Part shown: one piece after another, positions 42,138-50,563 of the stretch | How the letters are laid out: every line of letters starts with the position of its first letter | Numbering within the stretch: the first letter of the stretch is position 1 | NCBI GenBank assembly: GCA_051546255.1 | Contig: CP128820.1 | Coordinates: forward strand, 558,001 to 622,000 | Length of the DNA stretch: 64,000 bases | DNA from: Meyerozyma guilliermondii | Taxonomy: Eukaryota | Reading direction: 5' to 3' | Program-made: the position numbers and the translations under genes | Notes under the pieces: generated by a model | Told to the model about the DNA's origin: nothing | Seen by the model: the letters and a program-made list of their open reading frames with translations, nothing else | The model's database searches: none

Positions 42138-44282
42138 TCAGTCAACAGTCAAGTCCTCCTGGAGCGACTTTGTGTCGATTTCATGGCGCTTCATCTCCGC
42201 CACGATCTCGTCAATCTGCTTCGATGCCCATGGGAACCGGGGATTGATCAAAAATGGACGCAAGTCGAACCGGTTATCATCTGGAGAATACTGTTCGGCG
42301 TGGTACGCTGGTGTCATGGTGGTCATTTTGTGTCTGTTTATAGCGTAAAAGAACCAGAACTTTTTCACTTTCTCGGCCACCTGGTCGGCGGTCAACGACC
42401 GTGGAGGCTGAGACCATTCGTGGTAAAGTTTCACAAACATGGCCACCGGACCACACTTGTCGACTTTTCTCAACCGTCCAAACCTCGACAACTCATCGTA
42501 AGTCATACCCATATCGATCTCGTCGCTCTGGACATAGTCGGCAGTTATGGGTTCCAATTCAGCAGTGGGAGTAGCGTCCAAAAACTGCTTCAAGATGGGC
42601 ATGTCGAACTCTTTTTCTGCCCACAGAATGAACCTCTTGAGATCTGTCTTTGACACTCCGCCAATGGGGTTAATATCGGCACTGGAGCAGTCGTATTTCG
42701 TCAAGTACCCACGCAAACATTCGTCGACATTGGCGCTTCCCAACACAAGAAGGCCACCTGTTTTCAGCCGAGTCCATGGCAAAAGCTGCGCAAACATATA
42801 GCTGAGCACCATTCGAAGCCGAGCCTGGATATTTTGAAGGGCAAGATTTTCCGTTTGCGAGCCACCAAAAACCTTGAAAATGGGCTTTCTGCCGGTAGCC
42901 ACTTCAAACACAGAGATCACGGCGCTGACCGCAGTGTCCATATTCAAGTCGACGTGAAAAGATCCAATTTTTGCAGCCAATTCTTTGGCACGACTTCTGG
43001 TGTCGCCCGAGGAATTTTCTGTTCCCAAGAACGCCGTGTGGAACAACTTGTCAGCGAGTTCCTGGGGGGTTTTAGGCACAAACGAGTCATCGTGAACAAG
43101 CGATTTAACGTCGGAAATCACCTGGTGGTCGTGATTTTCCACGGCCGCGACCACCAACCGGCACATCAGATGCACAATAACGGCAGTTGCACACGAGTCG
43201 ATTCCACCGCTCAAAGGTAGAAAGAACCCAGCGGCTCTGCACCGCCGCAAGTAGTCCCAGAGCCAGCACGCGGGCCCCAAGGCAATTTCTTCGGCGGCAG
43301 AATGGATGCGAACGGGAATCGGGGAAGTGGGTGCAATGCCGTTCCACACGTTAGCCGACGGCGAGAGCTCAATGGTGGTGTCTATGTGGTGGTACAGGGT
43401 GGACGCAACCGCCTGCATCGCCGCCAGTTTTTGGTTTCGGAAAGAACGAACGTCGTCAAGGTCGATGGTGGCCGTGACTACCTCAACGTCACTAAGCGAA
43501 AATTGCAGCGCTTGAGCCACCATTTCGCCATTAACAACAATGCACGCGCATCCGTCGTAGTAGAGCCTGTCGCCGTCACACCCCTTTTGGTTGGCGTACA
43601 AGTATACTCCGCCGCATTTCTTGGTGGCCTCGGTGATAAGCTGGAGCCGAGTATCCAACTTTCGAAGCTCGTGGTGCAGTCCCAGCGAGTTTGTATAGAT
43701 TTCCACGCCGTCGAGTGCCATGGAAATATGGGGCGATTGCGGCGTGAACAATTCCTCGCACGTTTCAGCGGCAACTGTCGTCTCCAATGTGTCCACCACA
43801 CAATCGCCAAATAAAACCGACGACTGACCTGTCACTTTCCTGGCATTTTTCGGCAATTTGAAGTCCTCGTAGTACTGAGGACGGTTCCAGGGAGTGAAGT
43901 ATCTCATTTCCCGGTAATTGCCGTCGTTGGCAAGGTATAACTTGGGTCTTATCAAAAGTATCTTTCCGTCGTGCGACAAAAGACGGCAGTTATACTTGAT
44001 GGAACGATGCATCACCGGCATGCCGATGTCCAAGAGCAAGCCGTGGGTGTCGGGATTACCCAAAATTTGCAAATACATGTCCCAGCAATGATCATAAAGG
44101 TCATTTTCGAGAAAATGGTCGAGACATCCGTAGCCACAAATCTCGAGTTCCGGGCCCACCCGAAGACTGGCGCCGTTTTTTTTTGCTTCTTTGATGGACT
44201 GCAAGATGCGGTCGCGGTTTCCTTCGAAATCAAGTGCCCATTGGTTGAGGTTGCATGTGGCGAGAGTGACGTAGTGGCCCAT
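42138..44282 (-). CDS. QNS1: Glutamine-dependent NAD+ synthetase
   Basis: Nitrilase domain (LNQWALDFEGN, GPELEICGY, ETCEELF) plus synthetase domain (PLSGGIDSC, QNIQARLRM). Confidence 0.98.
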   Translation of the reverse strand: MGHYVTLATCNLNQWALDFEGNRDRILQSIKEAKKNGASLRVGPELEICGYGCLDHFLENDLYDHCWDMYLQILGNPDTHGLLLDIGMPVMHRSIKYNCRLLSHDGKILLIRPKLYLANDGNYREMRYFTPWNRPQYYEDFKLPKNARKVTGQSSVLFGDCVVDTLETTVAAETCEELFTPQSPHISMALDGVEIYTNSLGLHHELRKLDTRLQLITEATKKCGGVYLYANQKGCDGDRLYYDGCACIVVNGEMVAQALQFSLSDVEVVTATIDLDDVRSFRNQKLAAMQAVASTLYHHIDTTIELSPSANVWNGIAPTSPIPVRIHSAAEEIALGPACWLWDYLRRCRAAGFFLPLSGGIDSCATAVIVHLMCRLVVAAVENHDHQVISDVKSLVHDDSFVPKTPQELADKLFHTAFLGTENSSGDTRSRAKELAAKIGSFHVDLNMDTAVSAVISVFEVATGRKPIFKVFGGSQTENLALQNIQARLRMVLSYMFAQLLPWTRLKTGGLLVLGSANVDECLRGYLTKYDCSSADINPIGGVSKTDLKRFILWAEKEFDMPILKQFLDATPTAELEPITADYVQSDEIDMGMTYDELSRFGRLRKVDKCGPVAMFVKLYHEWSQPPRSLTADQVAEKVKKFWFFYAINRHKMTTMTPAYHAEQYSPDDNRFDLRPFLINPRFPWASKQIDEIVAEMKRHEIDTKSLQEDLTVD

Positions 44283-44532
44283 GAGTGAAAGGTGAGAAGA
44301 GAATTGAAGGCTGCGAAAAGATAAGTTGAAGAGGCCGTATGCAGGAAAGGACTAAGAGAACTGAAGAGTGTAGAGTCAAGAGTTAATGAGAGTTGAGTAG
44401 AATGGAATGTAAAAGGTGAAAGGTTGAGTTGTAGAGTTTCGAGATTTTGTCAGAATTGATCAAGTCGAAAAAAATTACAATATTGTAGCTTTCCATTCCC
44501 ATATTAATCAATATATATAACAACTTCCTCCC

Positions 44533-45717
44533 TTATGCTGCCACAGGATCCTTCCCACTGGCAATGTTGCACTGGTGCATCAACCGGCGCTCGTCCTTGC
44601 CGTTGTTCATTCCCTTGAACTCTCCGGTGACACTGTGCAAGACTCCACGGTTGAAAAAAATAACCAAGTCGCCCTGACTCCAGGCATGTGCCAAGACCCT
44701 TGAAGGAGCAATTGCCGGTCTCATCAACTTGTGCACAGCCTCGCGAGCTTCTTTCAACTCGAGTGTTTTGGTGGAACCATCATCTTGTTTTGTGTGCACT
44801 TTATACAAGCAGCATCCATGCACTTGCAAGTGAGGTTTTCCCGTAACTGGGTTCTTCCAAACCATAGGCAACGTCTTGATCTTTTCCTTTTCCCACGGAG
44901 GCAACTTGTCCAACGCCATTTCCTTGCCTTCCAGAACCATAGTTAAACCGTCAGAAGTGGCTCCGGCTGGTGAAATGAAGATGTATGGATGAGGAGCATA
45001 CTCCACAGAACTGGCAAGTGCAAACTTCTTTTCCTCGTCAGAAAGCCTCAGAAACGCCTGCTCGCCACTCACAAAACACGTGGCTCCCTGGCTAACTTCC
45101 AACTCATCATTGGACCCATCGTCGTAGGTAACGATTTGAGTGTGGGTTGAAGGTGGAACTTTTATACCCAAAAGTGTCGTCACCAAAGGAGGAGCCAAGT
45201 CATATAACGCTGAGTCAATGTGCCATCTGTAGAACCTAGTACGGTGTTCTTCCTGGATTTGTTTGGGTGTTAATGGTGTATGGTGAAATGTGGTGTGCAG
45301 AGGATGAGTGAGACTGATATCGCTGCCATTTTCGTTACCCGGCTCGTGCGCGCCAAAAGTTCCCTGCCCCAAAATTTGAACCTGGGGTTGCGATTTCACC
45401 GTGGTTCCATCTTTCCGAAGAACCGATTGCTCGTGGCGAAACTCCTTCCCGTGGCCATATCCTGCAAACCCACTGTCTTCCTTGGGTTCGGGAATCGTAG
45501 GATCAAATCTCTTTGTAAGCAAATATTGCGATTTGGGTGCCAACTCAGCCTGATCGGGAATCACAACTACCAAATGCAGAAGAACAGCATCATGCAATTT
45601 CTTAAAATCGTCATCATCCAACTGACTTGGGTCTCCTTTGCAGTACGCAGGCAACGTGACCTTGCATCCAAAAGGCTTATTTGGGAGAATTTCAATGGTT
45701 AAAGTGTCAGAGTGCAT
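44533..45717 (-). CDS. Fe(II)/alpha-ketoglutarate-dependent xanthine dioxygenase (XanA-like, TauD family)
   Basis: TRFYRWHIDSALY (HxD), YAPHPYIFI, LPMVWKNPVTG and FFNRGVLHSVTG are characteristic of fungal XanA. Confidence 0.85.
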   Translation of the reverse strand: MHSDTLTIEILPNKPFGCKVTLPAYCKGDPSQLDDDDFKKLHDAVLLHLVVVIPDQAELAPKSQYLLTKRFDPTIPEPKEDSGFAGYGHGKEFRHEQSVLRKDGTTVKSQPQVQILGQGTFGAHEPGNENGSDISLTHPLHTTFHHTPLTPKQIQEEHRTRFYRWHIDSALYDLAPPLVTTLLGIKVPPSTHTQIVTYDDGSNDELEVSQGATCFVSGEQAFLRLSDEEKKFALASSVEYAPHPYIFISPAGATSDGLTMVLEGKEMALDKLPPWEKEKIKTLPMVWKNPVTGKPHLQVHGCCLYKVHTKQDDGSTKTLELKEAREAVHKLMRPAIAPSRVLAHAWSQGDLVIFFNRGVLHSVTGEFKGMNNGKDERRLMHQCNIASGKDPVAA

Positions 45718-45752
45718 TAATGAAATTGGGAGTGTGGGGGTCTTATATCTTG

Positions 45753-45899
45753 CTTATCGCTTATCGGTGAGCCGCGGAGCTCCGCGGGTCGCCGACCCAC
45801 CGGCATGCCGGTCCTACACACCCACGGACTTTTCGACGACCGGCATGCCGGTCCTATACATCGTTGCACCCACTACGTACCACGTACCGGCACGCCGGT
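45753..45899. promoter_or_regulatory. Xanthine dioxygenase upstream region with 2 GATAAG and 6 CGG-N4-CCG sites
   Basis: CTTATC at 45753 and 45760. CGG-N4-CCG at 45765, 45775, 45785, 45801, 45841 and 45888. Confidence 0.7.
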
Positions 45900-46324
45900 T
45901 ACACATACCACTCCTTCTGCATCCACATCCACACCAAACTCACAGAGCTCACCACCAATGGCCCGGCGAGGCCCTTGCCGAGCTTGCACGTACGAAACAC
46001 GAGCCATTCGCTAACAAAATGAAATCCGGCCACCGCAAATGTCCACATGCACATGTCGTAAACCGGTTTATTCCCAACTAGGTGATATGCTGCATAGAAT
46101 CTAACAATTGAGGTAATAAGTGTCCATGTTCCGAAGGTTCTTGCGCTTAAATTTGTAACTTGATTCCGGGGTGCATTTTCATATACTCTTCTGGTCAATG
46201 TGAGATCCGGGGTCTGATAAGTTTGCAATGAGTTGAAAATGGAAACTACACTGATGAAGAGTAGCCATGATGGAAGGTAGCCACCTTTGGAATATGGAAG
46301 AATTGATCTGAATTGGGGAATCAT
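45899..46324 (-). CDS. ERG28: Ergosterol biosynthesis scaffold Erg28
   Basis: GYLPSWLLFISVVSIFNSLQTY, LSARTFGTWT and HFVSEWLVF. Confidence 0.95.
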   Translation of the reverse strand: MIPQFRSILPYSKGGYLPSWLLFISVVSIFNSLQTYQTPDLTLTRRVYENAPRNQVTNLSARTFGTWTLITSIVRFYAAYHLVGNKPVYDMCMWTFAVAGFHFVSEWLVFRTCKLGKGLAGPLVVSSVSLVWMWMQKEWYV

Positions 46325-47210
46325 TGTGAATGAAGATTTTGATGCGAATTCAGTGAGGTGTGCGATGTATGCAGGTTAATAGAGCTGACTAGTTGAGCTA
46401 ACACCAAGTGTTCATTCTTGTAAGGAAGGAAGCATGATCCAAACCTAGATTGGCTAATTCGACTAATTCGACTAGATTGAAGATTCAATGTTGACAATTT
46501 TTCGATTTTTCATGTTGAAAATTGGCTGCAAATTGCATGGAAAAACCCATCTATAAAGCATCAGAGTCCTCGTTATTCCTTCAAGAACACAAGAAAACCA
46601 AGAAAAGAATAAAATACCGAACAAAAAGTTACAATCTAAAAAATTGAGTCTTTTTCTACTTTTTATTCTTTTTACTACCTCTAATTGGTGAGTAAATCCA
46701 TAATGTCAGTCCATACGACCATTCCTTTAGCTCGTATGTGCCTTTCTTGGCAACGAACAACTCAGAAACACACCTTTCTGGAATAGCATACACCAAAGCT
46801 CAAAATGGAAGCTCGCTTTAAAAGCCGAAGTCAGACGTCAATTTCGCATAAATGCCCGAAATTTACGGTGTGCCTTTTTTCGAGAACAAACTTGATTACT
46901 CTACAGTCAAATACAATTGAACACAATTAGCCTACAATCGACACAATAGACTATGCTTATCTTCTTGACGACTTTCTTGTCAGACAAAGAAAATCTAAGA
47001 TCTCAGATCCATCGTAACCACACCGGTATACTCCATAATTTCTTGGCAAGATATATCAAGGTTGACATTTCCCTCCATTTACGATTTTGCCAAGACATAT
47101 TAACCACTGAGGTCTTAAAGTGGTATAGTGATTGCGAAAACCTGCGTTCGAGACGATGAGCTGCAAACCTATAAAAGGTCGACTTCCCGGCCTCTTGCAA
47201 CCAAATTGCA

Positions 47211-48083
47211 ATGAAGTTTTCCGGTCTTCTTTTCTCAGTAGCCATTGCTGCTGCTGCTCCTGCGTTCGTGCTCGAAGAGAACTTAAACTCATCCACCACC
47301 GAGATTTCTTTCTCGTGGGACGCTACTTGGAACCAGGATTTTGAGATCCATAAATCTTGCAATCTGACCCAAAGGAACCAATTGGTGCAGGCATTCACTG
47401 AGACCAAGTTATTGGCTCAGCATGCCAAGGAGCATACGCTTCGGTTTGGAAACCTGTCCAAATTCTACCGCAAGTACTTTGGAGATGCACCTTCTGGAGA
47501 AGTGGTTGGGCTTTACGAAAACGTGATTTCTGCCAACAAAACTGGAGTCTTGTTCAGATGCGACAATATCGATGGAAATTGTGATCTCGATGGTTATGCT
47601 GGACACTGGAGAGGTTCTAATGGAACCGATGAGACGGTTATTTGTGATCTTTCTTACACTTCCAGACTCTTTTTGTCCCAAGTTTGCTCGAGAGGATACA
47701 CTGTAGCAGGATCCAAGAACACCGTTTTCTGGGCTGGTGATTTGCTTCATAGAATATGGCACACCGACAAAATTGGTCAGGGCGTTGTAGGACACTATGC
47801 CGACACCTATAACGAGTGCTTGGACCTCGCAAAAAACAATGCAACTTATGCCATTAGAAATTCCGCCAGTTTGAGATACTATGCCATGGACGTATACGCT
47901 TATGATATTGCTGTTCCGGGCAAGGGATGCACGGGAAAGGCACCAAAAGACACTACTTCGACCAGCCAAGCTTCAGCTGCTTCAGAAACTGCTTCAGAAA
48001 CTGCCACTAAAAGCAAGGAAACTGGCTCGGACCATGGATCTGAATGTCACACTCATGCCAACGGAGAAACCCACTGTGTTTGA
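47211..48083 (+). CDS. PRA1: Secreted zincophore Pra1/Aspf2/Zps1
   Basis: Signal peptide, IHKSCN(S)TQRNQL, GYAGHWRG, degenerate HRIWH and C-terminal CHTHANGETHC. Confidence 0.93.
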   Translation: MKFSGLLFSVAIAAAAPAFVLEENLNSSTTEISFSWDATWNQDFEIHKSCNLTQRNQLVQAFTETKLLAQHAKEHTLRFGNLSKFYRKYFGDAPSGEVVGLYENVISANKTGVLFRCDNIDGNCDLDGYAGHWRGSNGTDETVICDLSYTSRLFLSQVCSRGYTVAGSKNTVFWAGDLLHRIWHTDKIGQGVVGHYADTYNECLDLAKNNATYAIRNSASLRYYAMDVYAYDIAVPGKGCTGKAPKDTTSTSQASAASETASETATKSKETGSDHGSECHTHANGETHCV

Positions 48084-49045
48084 GTTGAGCTTGATACCTT
48101 TTTCTCGTTTCGTTTTTTGTTTCGTCTTTTTATAAAAGTTTTGAATGTACAAGCCACTAGCTTCTTTTCAAATGGCTGCAAATTTTGAAAGCGCTTCTTT
48201 AAACTTTCATTCAAAGAGGTTTTGTCTCATGTTTTTCTTCTTTTGACTCTACATGGCCCAATACTCGCTGAAAGAAGGCTACCGTTGAGTCAAGAGATAA
48301 GTGAGCAGTGCTAGCTGTTAAATTTCTCAACTTTGGTTCAATTCCACAAACTTTACCAAGATGATTTTCCATCGTTTTGATTTCAACTCATCTTTCGAAA
48401 AGATTATAAAGTTCGCTCTCCCACGAGTTCCTTAAAGTGGTCTTCGTAAGTGCTCGACTTGAGCTCGTCTTGAGGGTTTGTCTTGAGTTCTGCTCATAGT
48501 TTTCAACAGTCTGTTAGTAAATTCATTACAACTGAGGCGTCAACTTCCGATATGTCTTAGTTAACGCAAGGTTGTCAATTCTTCACTTATTGACTTTGAG
48601 TGTAAATTGCTGTGGTCGTTCTCTTTCCAGTTGGATACCGATTTACTGCTAAGTTAGCACTCGAAGACTCTTTCTAGAGCCAAAATAAGTCTGGTGACTC
48701 CTTGCTGTCCCAGAGTGCTCCAATTGAGTGTTTTGGTATGTGGAAATTGGACTTAAGTGTTGTTGCAAAATACTCCAGTGATATTCAGCTTTCATAATTC
48801 AAGATAAGCATAAAATAAACATAAAATAAACACCAAGATGAACATCTTCTACTTTCCAGAGTCTCTTCCTTTAGTCTCCGACTTATTCTGAGTGATGTAA
48901 TTTTCCCATTGTCCTTGATCTCTCACGATTTGAATCAGTCGCATTTACCTCATTTCTCTCATCCTGCATCTACCTCAGTTCGCAGCTAAAATCACCATCT
49001 ACTGTTCACCACCCTAGCTCTTTCTCTCCATCATTCTCGGCGAAT

Positions 49046-50512
49046 ATGGATTCTGACGAGGAATACGTGGCGGCCGTAGACCGCGACTCGTCCCCAGAGG
49101 TGTTTACTGACGACGAGGATTTGGGAGGTCGTCGTTCCCGTGGAAAAAAATCGGGAAGTAGTGGGCCAGCGGCAGCAGATGGCGGGTATTCGTGGGAAGA
49201 TCGGTACAAAAGACCTTGGGATATCGTCAAGGATGAAGACGAGGCAGGCCAGTCGTTGGAGAATGTCATCCAGACGATGATAGAGAACAGAAAAAAGAAA
49301 ATCATGAAGAATCCCACCACTCCATTTCAGAGAGGAATCATTCGAACCTTGATTGTAATTATAGATGGGTCGCTGACGATGCTGGAAAAGGATTTAAGAC
49401 CCAACAGGTTTGCCATGACTTTACAGCTCCTACAGGAGTTCATAGTGGAGTTTTTCGACCAGAATCCCATCTCTCAATTGGGTATCGTGATGATGCGAAA
49501 CGGTGTTTCGAATCTCGTTTCTGAGGTCAATGGCCTGCCCCAGTACCATATAGACAAATTGCGGCTGCTTCGGTCGCGACAGCATAATCGTTTCGAGCCT
49601 AAAGGAGACCCGCTGCTTCAAAACTCGTTGGAAATGGCAAGAGCAATGCTCAAATACAACTTTGGTACCAATATGGACGACAACAAAAACTCGAAAGAAG
49701 TGCTCATTTTGTTCGGGGCGCTCTTTACAAGCGACCCTGGGGATATTCACAAAACTATAGACAACCTCATAAAGGACGAAATCAAGGTTAAGATTATCGG
49801 ACTTTCCGCCCAGGTGTCAATCTGCCAACAGATCGCCAACAAAACGAATAACCTAGGCTCGCGAACAACTGGTGCCAATTCTTCTTCCGGCTCCAATTAC
49901 TCTGTCATCATGAACGAAACTCATTATCGTGAACTCCTCATGGATTGTGTGGTTCCCTTACCGGTCGCTGCCACAGAAAAAAGGTCCACTGTTGGAGTCC
50001 CACTCATCAAAATGGGATTTCCCCTGAAAGTTCTGCCTCCCATTTCCGCCTCCAACAATACAGTCAATCTTGACCTTCCCGTTCTTTGTGCGTGTCACCC
50101 GACCAATGGATCTCTCGAATCGAAAGATGCTGTAACAATTGGCGCAGAGTCTTCTACCAGCATCATAGGATACCAGTGTCCTCAGTGTCGCAGTAGGGTG
50201 TGCCATCTTCCAACCATCTGCCCAACATGTGGATTGATGCTAATTTTGTCCACTCATTTGGCGAGATCTTACCATCATCTAGTACCGCTTCGAGAGTATA
50301 AAGAGGTTCCAGCAGCAGACCATTACGAAGGTACTCACTGTTATGGCTGCTTGCTCAAGTTTCCTGAAGCAGGCGGGCCAGATGGACCACTTCGAGCAAG
50401 TTCAAGATACAGATGTCCCACATGTGCTCGTGATTTTTGCATTGATTGCGATGTGTTTGTTCACGAAACCCTCCACAATTGTCCAGGGTGTGAAAGCAGA
50501 TCAGGAAAATAA
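49046..50512 (+). CDS. SSL1: TFIIH subunit Ssl1 (p44)
   Basis: FQRGIIR, EKDLRPNR, FFDQNPISQLG vWA domain, C4 zinc finger and C-terminal CIDCDVFVHETLHNCPGC. Confidence 0.96.
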   Translation: MDSDEEYVAAVDRDSSPEVFTDDEDLGGRRSRGKKSGSSGPAAADGGYSWEDRYKRPWDIVKDEDEAGQSLENVIQTMIENRKKKIMKNPTTPFQRGIIRTLIVIIDGSLTMLEKDLRPNRFAMTLQLLQEFIVEFFDQNPISQLGIVMMRNGVSNLVSEVNGLPQYHIDKLRLLRSRQHNRFEPKGDPLLQNSLEMARAMLKYNFGTNMDDNKNSKEVLILFGALFTSDPGDIHKTIDNLIKDEIKVKIIGLSAQVSICQQIANKTNNLGSRTTGANSSSGSNYSVIMNETHYRELLMDCVVPLPVAATEKRSTVGVPLIKMGFPLKVLPPISASNNTVNLDLPVLCACHPTNGSLESKDAVTIGAESSTSIIGYQCPQCRSRVCHLPTICPTCGLMLILSTHLARSYHHLVPLREYKEVPAADHYEGTHCYGCLLKFPEAGGPDGPLRASSRYRCPTCARDFCIDCDVFVHETLHNCPGCESRSGK

Positions 50513-50563
50513 CCATTAACTATAAACGTCAACTAATTAGTCGTCACTTTTGCATATTTTACA

